From NCBI RefSeq assembly GCF_964204645.1, contig NC_134032.1, positions 4,488,175 to 4,552,174 on the forward strand: 64,000 nucleotides of DNA, written 5' to 3'. Origin of the DNA: Tubulanus polymorphus. Lineage: Eukaryota; Animalia; Nemertea. The notes beneath the pieces are model-generated. The model saw nothing but the letters and a program-made list of their open reading frames with translations, did not search any database and had not been told where the DNA came from. The position numbers and the translations under genes were made by a program. Positions 23,450 to 35,869 of the stretch are shown in pieces; the first letter of the stretch is position 1, and every line of letters begins with the position of its first letter.

Positions 23450-24872
23450 TTATCATATTTACTAACCCAAAAATTAGGCACTTAAAACTGTAATTAAAAA
23501 TAAAATAATATGTTCAGCAGCAAAGTTAAGAATATTCCGAGCAGATTTCAATATAAAACAAACAATCGATGCAATAACTCCAGGTAAAGCTGCGGCAGAC
23601 TTTTTAGATAGTTCCCATAAATATTTTGCTAATCTTTTTAAACCATCCTTAACTTTATCATCCTTATCTTAACTTTATTGGGAGTAGGTGTAGATTGTAA
23701 TGAATTTGATATTGCTAAACCAATTGTTGTGAATACCATAGTTACAGCTGTTAGAATTGAAAGAATTGTTATTCCTTCTTACTTAAATAATAATTTTATT
23801 CTATCTTTTAATGATATTTCAGAATTTGGTTTTATCAACAAATCTTTAAAAATAACTTTTAATCTAGTTAATATTATAATTATATGATTTTTTTAATAAT
23901 TTAATTTCTTCTTTTTGAAATTCTATGTTATATTCCAAATCATTTTTTCTTTTTCTAAATATGCATTTCTTTTTTTAAATTCAATTTCTTCAATAACTTT
24001 ATTATCTCTATCTAATTTTAGTTGTTCTATTTCTTTAATTTTATCAGTTCTATCTTTTTCCAAAGTTCTAATTTTAAAATCTCTTATACTTTTATCATGC
24101 GCAATTTTATCAGATGCAAGTCTTATACTAATAATTTCTCTAATTGCTTTATCAGAAAATAAATTTAAATCTTCTAATTCTTGATCTGTTGCATCAAGTA
24201 ACCCATTTGGTAAAAGTTTTTCAATTGGTACTTTATTCGATTTAAGTTTACTAGTTTTGGAAGTTATATTCTGTTCAGAAGTTCTTTCTGGTTCTAAATT
24301 ATCATTGATTCAAATAAGTCATTAATTCTTTGTTTAAATACTCTTTTATTTCGATTTACTTCTTCTTGTGTAACATTTTCTATTTCATTACTATTACTTA
24401 TTCTTTTAATTCTAGATGGTTCTAAATTACTCAACGTTGATTCTGCTAATATTTTGTTTAGATTTTTATAAGTGATATTAATATAATAATCATCTTTCAA
24501 ATGATATTAATATTCACCATCTAAAGATTTTAATTCTTGTACTAAAAGTCTAGCACCTCTATCATTGATATTATATTCAGATCTTTCAAATATAGGTTTA
24601 AAATTATAAATATATTCATTATATTCTAAATTTTGTTTTACTCAATCTGAATTTTCATTTTCAGGATTTATTCTCGATTTAGTTCTTCTATCAGATTCAT
24701 CTGTTGATGGGTCTTTAGAACCACTATCTGCTAAATTAGAATTATATGCTGATCCATCATCATTATCAATATTAGTTTCATTAAAATCAGGTTGTGGTTC
24801 ATCAGGTATAAATCCGTCATTATTATTTCCCATTTCTCCCATTTCATAAGCTTCTCCACCTTCTACATCCAT
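23450..24872 (-). pseudogene. Coiled-coil/TM protein, second copy
   Basis: Homologous to 12618-14053 (KSAAALPG, KPNSEISLKDRIKLLFK). Confidence 0.75.
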
Positions 24873-24894
24873 TTATATCTTATAAAAATTAAAA

Positions 24895-25740
24895 TTGAAA
24901 ATATAATATTCCTCCGATTACAATTCCTATACAAGTCATAGCTTATTTAGCATTTTCATGGGATTTATTATCATTATCAGTTTTAAATATGCCATGTTGA
25001 ATATTATCAGTTTTTATATCACCGTGTGGGTGCCGTACGTAGTATTGTAATCTTTTATTTTAGAATCATTATTTAATTTAATATTCTTAGTTTTAGTTTC
25101 TGTTGATTGAATATGTTTTTTAATGTTTTCACCTTCCATTAATTTTGGAGCAGTAATTATCTTTTTATTTATATCATTCAACCCAAATTAATTATTTATT
25201 GTTGCAAGTTTAATCAGATTATCGTAACCAGTTATATTTGCCATCTTCAATACTAAATCATTAGAAATAATCAATAGATTAGGGCCTATACAATAGTTTA
25301 ATCTAATATGTGATTTAAATAATTTTGATATCTTACTATGTTTTCTGGAATCGATCTATTTTTATCATTATGAATGGAATCTTCAAATAATCCTTTGAAT
25401 TGTTTCTGCGCATCGAATGAAGTGTTTTCATTTCCAACTATTGGTGATCTTGTTTCAACTTGTGCACCTAAAATACATATCAAATAAGTTCTAATTGATT
25501 GATTTATTCTTTGTATGCCTGATTTTGTAAAACCTTCACTATTTTCTAAAATGAAATTAATCCAACCATCATTATTTTGTTGTTGTTTGATATAAATATA
25601 ATATTTTGGTATTTCATTCCATTTAAACGTTTTTGAGTTAATATTTTTTATTGTTTTTCTATATTCTTTAGTATAAGGGACAGCAAAACCTCCGATTGGA
25701 AATGGTGAATTATTCATTGCATCCATAGCTTTCTCTACTC
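24895..25740 (-). pseudogene. Conserved Polinton gene, 3' part (copy 2)
   Basis: WINFILENSEGFTKSGIQRINQSIRTYLICILGAQVETRS. Confidence 0.8.
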
Positions 25741-25766
25741 TCTCTATATATAAAGTAAAATCTAAT

Positions 25767-26845
25767 ATGAAATATTGGCAGAATCAATTACATTTTGCTG
25801 TCTATTGTGCTGCATGTTGTGATATAAGTTGGAATGATCATTTAAATAACTTAGATAAAAATTTGAATTATTCTGATTTAAAATTAATTCATACAGTATT
25901 TAGATTTCACACATATTATTTTCAAATCAGAATAATATTAAATGAATTAGAATGTACTTTACCCGGATCAAAATATTTTAAAGAATTGGATAATAGTATT
26001 AATCTATCTAAGTTTTTATAATATGTAATGAATTTAATATAAATATTAATTCCGATTTTAGAGCGCATGGTAAATTGCAAGGTATTGGTGAACAGTATGA
26101 AATAAAAAGAATTGATTATATGCATAGAATTGGAGCTTATCATAATTATAATATTGATAATAATAATTGTTGGATTAATTTTATATTAGAAAATAGTGAA
26201 GGTTTTACAAAATCAGGCATACAAAGAATAAATCAATCAATTAGAACTTATTTAATTTGTATTTTAGGTGCGCAAGTTGAAACAAGATCATCAATACTTG
26301 GAAATGATAACACTTCGTTTGAAACACAGAAACAATTCAAAGTTTTATTTAAAGATTACATTCATAATGATAAAAATAGATCGATTTCAGAAAATATAGT
26401 CAGGTACCAAAATTATTTAGAAAAATCACATATTAGATTAAATTATTGTATAGGCCCTAATCTACTAATTATTTCTAATGATTTAGTATTAAAGATGGGA
26501 AATATAATTGGGTATAATAATTTAATTAAGACTGCAACAATAAATTATTCATTTGGATTGAATGATATAAATAAAAAGATAATTACTGCTCCAAAATTAA
26601 TGGAAGGTGAAAACATAAAAAAAACATATTCAATCAACAGAAACTAAAACTAAGAATATTAAATCAAATAATGATTCTAAAATAAAAGATTACAATACTA
26701 AAGAAAATGGTGCCGCACGGTGATATAAAAACTGATAATATTCAACATGACATAATTAAAACTGATAATGATAATAAATCCCATGAAAATGCTAAATTAG
26801 CTATTACTTGTATAGAAATTGTAATCGGAGGAATATTATATTTTA
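25767..26845 (+). pseudogene. Conserved Polinton gene (copy 3), inverted relative to copy 2
   Basis: KYWQNQLHFAVYCA..WINFILENSEG..; frameshifts. Confidence 0.8.
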
Positions 26846-26869
26846 ATTTTTAATTTTTTTATTATGTAA

Positions 26870-27188
26870 ATGGCAGAAGGTAGAGAAAAGTATGAAATGG
26901 AAAACATGGGCAATAATAATGAAGCATATATTGATGACGATTATAATGATTCTGAAACTAATATTGATAATGATGATGAAACAGCGTATAATTCTAATTT
27001 AGCAGATAGTGGTTCTAAAGCCCCATCAACAGATGAATTTGATAGAAGAACTAAATCGAAAATAAATCCTGAAAATGAAAATCCAGATTTAGTAAAACAA
27101 AATTTAGAATATAATGAATATATTTATAATTTCAAATCTATATTTGAAAGATCTGGGTATAATATCAATGATAGAGGTGCTAGACTTT
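26870..27188 (+). pseudogene. 5' fragment of the coiled-coil gene, fused by rearrangement to PolB
   Basis: MAEG..AYNSNLADSGSK matches 24540-24872; the sequence switches to PolB at ~27188. Confidence 0.7.
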
Positions 27189-27636
27189 AATGACATAATG
27201 GGAAAAATACTAGATTTGACAAGAGATGTTGAATATCCAAAAATTAGTATCTCTGGGAAAGTAAGTTTTATAAAGTCAGAAGATAAAATGGATTATAATA
27301 TTCAAACACTCTCTGAAGAAATAATTTCAAAAACACAAATAAAAGAGAAGTTAGAAAAAATATTTAATGAATTTAAACGTCATATTGAAGAGAGATATTT
27401 TGAGGGTTCTGGTTTAACATTGAATGAAATTATATTTTTAGTTTTAAATGTTTATAATACAAAAACGAATAAAACATCAAAATGTAAAACAATGTTCAAA
27501 AATGATTCAAACTTTACAACAGAAAAGGATATTAAAGCATCAAGTTATATCAAATTACCATTTACAACAAAAACAGTAATAAATGTTCAAAATGAAGATA
27601 ATAAATGTTTTCTATGGTCAATTATAAGTTGCTTAC

Positions 27637-28202
27637 TGTAAGAACTGTCTTCTTCTTGTTGTCCCTTTCTCATCTGATCAACACTAAGTGCAAGTTTAAT
27701 CTATCATGAATTTTATTGATGACTTCTTTTCTTTTTGCTGCAGCTTACAAAATATATTTCTATCCAGAGAGTTTGGTCAGAACTCTTCTCTAAAGTGTAA
27801 AATTTTGGCCTATTTATACTAATCTATCTTCCTGGTATCCATGTTATGATTCAGTACTTCCCAGAAAACAATTATTTTTAATAGACAACGTCCGGACGGG
27901 GAAAACCAAAGTTCGATGGGGAAAACCAAACTTCGATGGGGAAAACCAATATTCAATGGGGAAAACCAGAACAATTATTTTTTGATAGACAACCCTACCC
28001 GGAAAAACCCGAGAGTAAAGTTACAATTTTCTGAGAGAACTAATTTTTGTGAGCATGATTTATGATAGGGAAGTTGATAATATTTAAGAGCTTCATATTT
28101 TTGTGAACATGATTTATGATAGGGCCCTAAGATATTTAATTATTTAATGAATTTATACCAGGATGATAGATTTAGTAATGTGACGATGACCGCGTCGTCA
28201 CA
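27637..28202 (-). mobile_element. Solo LTR (566 bp) with 5-bp TSD
   Basis: TGT...ACA ends; CTTAC duplicated at 27632-27636 and 28203-28207; removing it restores PolB CLHPT; AATAAA on the minus strand. Confidence 0.85.
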
Positions 28203-30762
28203 CTTACACCCAACATAAGATATTACGCATAGTTTTACAATAACGTATTACCGGAAATATGAAACATTATATAAAATTGATCAATATCCAGTAACTATAA
28301 AAGTGATTCCAAAAGTAGAAAAAGTTAATAATTTAAAAATAAATGTATTCGAATTAATACAATTACCAAAGACAAAAGGTGAAAATATTAGAGATTATAC
28401 GTTAGAAGCTTTATATTTAACAGAATATTATGATGATGAAAATGCTATAGATTTGTTATATTACAAAAAGAGATGAAAATGAACATTAAACGTGGATAAA
28501 ACAAATTGATTTATTCTTTAGAACAACAGAAAGTGATCACCATCGTAAAATTTATCTATGTAGAAAATGTTTATCTAAATTTATGACTGAGAATGCGTTA
28601 CTAAAACATAAAGAATAATGTGATTTTTGTAAATTAATAATGCCAACAGAAAAAGATTATAAATTGAAATTTACTAATCATAAATTTAAAAATATTGTTC
28701 CATTTGTAATTTATGGGGATTTTGAATTGTTGAATAAAGAATTAACTGATCAAGATAGAAAAGAAATATTTAACAAAAAGCAATTTCTAAAATCAATGGA
28801 TAAAGGAAATGAATTAAATGAAGATATAATTCAAGATCCACCGATTATAAACACAATTAAAAAAGTTCATTAAAGAGCTGCTGCTTATGGAATTTACATA
28901 AAAACAAATCATCCCGAATGATATGAAAGTCAATATATTTCTTTTAGAGGTGAAGATGTAGTAAATGAATTTTGTAATAAAATAATTGAATTAGAAAATG
29001 ATTTTGCAAACTAAAATAAAAGAATAGTTATGACAAAAGATGAAATTGATTTTAATTATGCAACTCATTGTTGTTACTGTGAAAAACGTTTTTATTCATT
29101 TAATAAAAAAGTTAGAGATCATGATCATTTAAATTCAAAATACCGCGGATCTGCTCATGAAGATTGTAATTTACAAGCTAAGAAAGTTAATTTCGTACCA
29201 ATATTATTTCATAATTTATCAGGCTATGATACCCATCTATTTATAAATGAATTATCAGGAAAATTGGGTGCAATTAATCAAGAAATAGAAGAATATAATG
29301 CTATGAATGGTACAAATGTAAGAAAATATGATTTTAAACTATTAGCTAAAACATCTGAAAATTATATTTCATTTCAATTTGGTTGCATTAGATTTTTAGA
29401 TTCTTATAGATTTCTTGCAAGTTCATTAGATAATTTAGCAAAAAGTTTAGTTGATAATGATTTTGTTATAACTCAATATTATTATCCAAATGAACAAGAT
29501 TTATTTTGAGATATAAAGGTGCAATTCCTTATTCATTTAATAAAACACACAATGATTTTAATGTAAGAGAATTATTAAAAGATCAATTTTATGATCAATT
29601 AAAAGAGGAGTATGTGAAAGATGAAGTGTTTAATAGAACATTAAATATTTGGAATCACTTTAAGATAGAAAATCATGGTGAATTAGTAGATTAATACTTA
29701 AAATCAGATGTTATGATATTGGCTGACATACTGAAAAATTTAGAGAAGTTAATTTGAATCATTTTAATGATGATCCCTGCTATTGCTACTCTAGTCCTGG
29801 TTTAACCTGGCAATGTGGTTTAAAATATACAAATGTAGAATTGGATTTATTAAAAGAACCAGACATGGTTTTAATTGAAAAATCAATTAGAGGTGGAATT
29901 AGTGGTGTTATGGGAGATAGACATTTTAAAGCAAATGATGAATGTAAATTATTATATTTCGACGCCAATAATTTATATGGTTGGGCAATGATGCAACCTC
30001 AACCATACAAAATTTTATATTAACAGAAGTTTAAAATGATGATAAAACTGATTGGGAAAGTGCAATTACGAGTTTAATAGATGAAGCACCAATTGGTGAT
30101 TTCTTTGTAGTTGATTTGGAATATCCTGATAACATAAAGTTAAAAACAAGAAACTTACCTTATTGCCCAGAACATTTAACCGAACATGATAGTTATTTAT
30201 TTAAGTAAATACCAGAAGAAAAAAAAACCGAAAGAACTTGATTTTACAGAAAAAGTGATATTAACACAAAATAATAAATATAATTATACTGTTCATTATA
30301 GAATGTTAATGTTAATTTTATCTAAAACAAGGAATGAAATTAAAGAAAGTACATAGATATATTGAATTTAATCAATCGAAGTGGTTAGAAAAATATATAG
30401 ATTTTAATACTCAACAGAGAACCATATCAAAAACAGATTTTGAAAAAGATTTCTTCAAATTAATGAACAATAGTTTTTATGGTAAAACATGTGAAAATAT
30501 TAGAAATAGAAATGATATTGAATTAGTAAATAATTTTGAACGATTAAGACATTTACAATCAAGTCCTAGACATTTAGGAAATAAAAGATTTGAAGATTAT
30601 TTAACCGCGGTAAAATTAAAAAGAACGTCAATGAAATTTAATAAACCTATATTCATTTGTTCAACTGTTTTAGAAGTATCAAAATTTTTAATGTATGATT
30701 TTTATTATAATGTTTCACAACCACTGTTTGGGGAAAAACATATAGAAATCTTACATTTTGAT

Positions 30763-30795
30763 TCTGTATCAGCTGACACCCCAATATTATTAAAC
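30763..30795 (+). other. Putative intein N-terminal block A at the PolB pol-c site (truncated)
   Basis: HFD|SVSADTPILL replaces YFD|TDS of the other copy. Confidence 0.6.
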
Positions 30796-31589
30796 GATAC
30801 CCTAAAGTCTGAATATGTACAGCATGTTCCGCTGTCCTCGGGAAGGGTCGCAATAAAAGGAAGACCCTGGCAAGTTCAAGTACATAAACCTAGTTGAATT
30901 ATACATGAGCCTCTTTTCGTCCATTGAGACAATAGGTCTATTACTTTCACTAGTCGTCCTTTATTGCTGAATTGCACTTTATACACATATTTGAATTTTC
31001 AAGGGGAAAATTAGAAATATTTCGGGTGGTTTCTTGTTACATGATTATTACCAGCACAGTCACATGGAATTGGGAATACTAAAACTTTGTTCTTGCCACC
31101 ATGGGAAGTTGAATATTGAATGTATTACAATTTGTCAATATATAATGATACATATGCATCACGCAAAGTTGTAGCTCATGACATGTCCTGTAATTGTGAT
31201 AAGTTTCATGGTCCATGTATCGAATATTGGTATTGTTGAGTGATTAATATGTGTCACTAATCTTTCTGACTGTGACTTCGTAATTTTGTGAAGATTGTGT
31301 AAATTGAATATAATCATTTTCATTCCAAAACGCAATAAAAATTCTAGAGATACTGTTTAACTGTTTTGTTTTGTTGTTCTTGTAGATGGAATCTTGTACC
31401 ATGTATGCTACTTAGTTCCCCAGCCAGTTAACAATCACAACGAAAAGAAAAGAATAGATTAGAGTGCAATTTCATATGATTAATATTTGAATATGAAAAC
31501 TTTCATTTTACATTTTACTTCTGTTTTACAAGTACAAGCATAAATTCTCTTCTGCAACAGTAGTCGTTAATAATAAGGAAATTTTAAAT

Positions 31590-31812
31590 TTATTCTGCAG
31601 GTACAATCGGATTCGATGCATTACATAAAGCACAAGCTATCCGTACTATCTTATCTAGTGTGGTATAGTGTCCTGAGTTTTGTAAAAACGAGATAGGTAT
31701 TGTGCTCTCTAAAATTGTGAACCTTTGTCGGATCATTCCTATTACACGCTCTACGTGAATCCTTACATTAGCTATATTCCTGGTTCTCTCCACCTCCTCT
31801 GGATCAAGTTGA
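31590..31812 (-). pseudogene. PIF/Harbinger-ISL2EU DDE transposase, C-terminal fragment
   Basis: QLDPEEVERTRNIANVRIHVERVIG..LDKIVRIACALCN. Confidence 0.85.
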
Positions 31813-31860
31813 GTTTTAAAAAAGTCAGAAAAAAATGACGTCAGAGTACGTCCGGTTTGA

Positions 31861-34800
31861 AGAGCTCAGACCACTATTCCAAAATCTTCTATATCCTATA
31901 GTAAAAACACGAAATTCGAGAGTTTAGTTCATATATAAGCGCGTAAATTCAGGGGAAATCCTGCTTATGGCTCATAGGCCAGCATCTTAGCTACGCATTG
32001 AAGTGGTTTTCGCCCCACGTACCCAACCTAACTTTTGAAATAATCAAACCTTTAGAAAGGAGGAGTATCCCAGTACAGGTATGCCAGTACATCCGAGCCA
32101 AATATCTAAGGGAATCCCCAACCGTGTTTGGTACCCTTACTCCAAGCAAAAAAAGTCCAGGGAATCCCTTATTTCATCATCGATCTGTCTCTCAGGATCA
32201 ATGGATTTCATACATATAACCGAAATTCGTTACCTATCCCATTTGCAGAAATTATGGCAACATTTATGGGGGACCTCTTCTTCACTCTAGGTACTATTTT
32301 TCGGGTCCGGCCCTACGCATCTTCGAGCTACTAACCTAATTGTGGTCTGATGCCTGACTAGTACCCAAACTTAAGAATAGCATTAGTTTATGTACAGTTT
32401 TAGAAAGAGTGGAGACACCCTAGTTATACAACGCAATACAATAGCTCTCGGCCAATTACACATGGAAATACATGCTAATGCACAAATCGCGCGTATGCGA
32501 CAAAATCCAAGTTTTCTATCAATATCATCTAAGTCAAACATTCATTTCAAAATATGAATTAAACAATTATACAACATTTTCTGAATACTTGATAGATTTT
32601 TTTCACTGATGGATATAAATATATGGCTATGGATAAAAATCAGAAACACAATCTTTAAGCATTTTTTGAAAAAAATGCCATTTTCATCATCGAATGGGCT
32701 GAAACCTTTAGATTTGGCGTTTTCTTGCGCTGAAAGCCTAATTCGAATGCACCCTACTGCGTCCACAGGCCTTCGGCCGGGACGAATTTTATATACCAAG
32801 CGTAGTTGTCACCAGTACTAGTTAGGAAAAATATCACAACTGGCCTCTGACAATGTCCTTTCGGTTGCCATGGTTTCAACGAAAATATGCATTTCCCCTA
32901 GCCCTTAAATTATATATAAGCGCGTAAATTCAGGGGAAATCCTGCTTATGGCTCATAGGCCAGCAACTTAGCAACGCATTGAAGTGGTTTTCGCCCCACG
33001 TACCCAACCTAACTTTTGAAATAATCAAACCTTTAGAAAGGAGGGGTATCCCAGTACAGGTATGCCAGTACATCCGAGCCAAATATGTAAGGGAATCCCC
33101 CACCGTGTTTGGTACCCTTACTCTAAGCAAAAAAAGTCCAGGGAATCCCTTATTTCATCATCAATCTGTCTCTCAGGATCAATGGATTTCATACATATAA
33201 CCGAAATTCGTTACCTATCCCATTTGCTGAAATTATGGCAACATTTATGGGGGACCTCTTCTTCACTCTAGGTACTATTTTTGGGGTCCGGCCGTACGCA
33301 TCTTCGAGCTACTAACCTAATTGTGAGCTCAGACCACTATTCCAAAATCTTCTATATCCTATAGTAAAAACAAGAAATTCGAGAGTTTAGTTCATATATA
33401 AGCGCGTAAATTCAGGGGAAATCCTGCTTATGGCTCATAGGCCAGCATCTTAGCTACGCATTGAAGTGGTTTTCGCCCCACATACCCAACCTAACTTTTG
33501 AAATAATCAAACCTTTAGAAAGGAGGGGTATCCCAGTACAGGTATGCCAGTACATCCGAGCCAAATATCTAAGGGAATCCCCCACCGTGTTTGGTACCCT
33601 TACTCCAAGCAAAAAAAGTCCAGGGAATCCCTTATTTCATCATCAATCTGTCTCTCAGGATCAATGGATTTCATACATATAACCGAAATTCGTAACCTAT
33701 CCCATTTGCAGAAATTATGGCAACATTTATGGGGGACCTCTTCTTCACTCTAGGTACTATTTTTGGGGTCCGGCCCTACGCATCTTCGAGCTACTAACCT
33801 AATTGTGGTCTGATGCCTGACTAGTACCCAAACTTAAGAATAGCATTAGTTTTTGTACAGTTTTAGAAAGAGTGGAGACACCCTAGTTATACAACGCAAT
33901 ACAATAGCTCTCGGCCAATTACACATGGAAATACATGCTAATGCACAAATCGCGCGTATGCGACAAAATCCAAGTTTTCTATCAATATCATCTAAGTCAA
34001 ACATTCATTTCAAAATATGAATAAAACAATTATACAACATTTTCTGAATAGTTGATAAATTTTTTTCACTGATGGATATAAATATATGGCTATGGATAAA
34101 AATCAGAAACACAATCTTTAAGCATTTTTTGAAAAAAATGCCATTTTCATCATCGAATGGGCTGAAACCTTTAGATTTGGCGTTTTCTTGCGCTGAAGGC
34201 CTAATTCGAATGCACCCTACTGCGTCCACAGGCCTTCGGCCGGGACGAATTTTATATACCAAGCCTAGTTGTCACCAGTACTAGTTAGGAAAAATATCAC
34301 AACTGGCCTCTGACAATGTCCTTTCGGTTGCCATGGTTTCAACGAAAATATGCATTTCCCCTACCCCTTAAATTCCTGACAGTATCTGGCACCAAAAAGT
34401 CAGCCAAACTAGATAACTTAATCAAAGAAAGCTGAATTAATGTGATTATTCTGCATGGGCAAGGATGGCCTTTATGAAATAAATTTATGAGCCTAGACCG
34501 AGCCTCCTACGAGAAAATATCTTACGGTTCATGCCTAAAAATTGACCGAAATCTGCGATTCTAGCCTTCTACAAGCAAAAATATTACCAAATCCTACCAT
34601 GGAACTGATTAAAATCAGCGAATTAGGTCTCAATGAATGCCTCAAGACGACTTATATGTGCAAAAGATGTATAAGATAAAAATTATTTGTGAAATTTCAT
34701 CAAAACTTCAAAATTTGTTATTTTGGCTGTATTGGCTGTCAGAGCTCAGACCACTATTCCAAAATCTTCTATATCCTATAGTAAAAACAAGAAATTCGAG

Positions 34801-35255
34801 AGTTTAGTTCATATATAAGCGCGTAAATTCAGGGGAAATCCTGCTTATGGCTCATAGGCCAGCATCTTAGCTACGCATTGAAGTGGTTTTCGCCCCACAT
34901 ACCCAACCTAACTTTTGAAATAATCAAACCTTTAAAAAGGAGGGGTATCCCAGTACAGGTATGCCAGTACATCCGAGCCAAATATCTAAGGGAATCCCCC
35001 ACCGTGTTTGGTACCCTTACTCCAAGCAAAAAAAGTCCAGGGAATCCCTTATTTCATCATCAATCTGTCTCTCAGGATCAATGGATTTCATACATATAAC
35101 CGAAATTCGTAACCTATCCCATTTGCAGAAATTATGGCAACATTTATGGGGGACCTCTTCTTCACTCTAGGTACTATTTTTGGGGTCCGGCCCTACGCAT
35201 CTTCGAGCTACTAACCTAATTGTGGTCTGATGCCTTGTGGTCTGATGCCGCCTGA
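31861..35255. repeat. Large tandem repeat, ~1416-bp unit (modules A+B+C), about 2.5 copies with an internal rearrangement
   Basis: Module A begins at 31861, ~32912 (5'-truncated), 33325 and 34741; B at 32344-32910 and 33808-34372; C at 34373-34740; very high identity. Confidence 0.9.
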
Positions 35256-35521
35256 AGTTCATGGGGAAATCGGAAGTAGAATTACGTCACGCTAAAATCC
35301 GGCAACTTTTGGATCGGGTGATTTCAGAATGTATTCATCTCGTGAAATTTCGACCAAGATTGGATCGTTGAATCATTTAACAATGAACCGCGTTGATCGA
35401 ACGAGTTCAAAATAGCTGAAATTCCCTTAGCAACCGGAGCGAATTCATAATAACAAACGCGCCCGGTCCGGCAACGCGCACGGGTTCGAATCCCGGAGAA
35501 TTACGCTCTAGCGCGCACGTA

Positions 35522-35869
35522 CAGCAGTCAACTCCAGCCGCAGCACTATTATGCTTTTTTGCCTGTGCATTTTTTGTTCTTGATTTTTTATATCCGCCCG
35601 AGTACAGCTTGCCTGGGCTTTGTAAGTCTCCAGGCACCTACATGATGGTGCAGGCCATTCACAATGCCTATGCAGAGAAGCCTGGCCTCTATATAGTTGA
35701 TCGCCCTAGTGCGTATGCCCCTGATAACCAGACGTTCTGGTCGTACCTTGATAATAAACAGATTGGCCAGGCCGAGCTGTCTCGATATACAAAGGGAATT
35801 CCCACATATATACCGATAAATTTATTAGACTGCCTTAGAGTTATTCATGATGGCCCTGTCAAAATTTGA
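35522..35869 (+). pseudogene. Probably 5'-truncated viral ORF at the left junction
   Basis: Frame stays open upstream of 35609 into host-like sequence with no ATG; overlaps the RPB2 start by 23 nt. Confidence 0.4.

Larger units (their letters stand above)
21739..30795. mobile_element. Rearranged, decayed related Polinton copy or copies
   Basis: Integrase, MCP, coiled-coil and conserved gene on minus; inversion at ~25745; then conserved gene and PolB on plus. Confidence 0.88.
27189..30795 (+). pseudogene. polB: Second protein-primed PolB, interrupted by a solo LTR and truncated at motif C
   Basis: EERYFEGSG, VRDHDHL, FHNLSGYD, YFDANNLYGWAM, KLMNNSFYGKT; many stops. Confidence 0.9.

Noticed and set aside
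31998-35170. Repeated 69-85-aa ORFs in the satellite
   Set aside because: Short, overlapping in several frames, no motifs; they recur only because the DNA is repeated.
35471-35500. tRNA gene (GGTTCGAATCCC B-box)
   Set aside because: No acceptor stem, D arm or anticodon arm can be folded; at most a SINE remnant.
35609-35869. Frameshifted N-terminus of RPB2
   Set aside because: RPB2 is already near full length from 35847, and short gene overlaps occur elsewhere (RPB2/ATPase); better read as a separate truncated gene.
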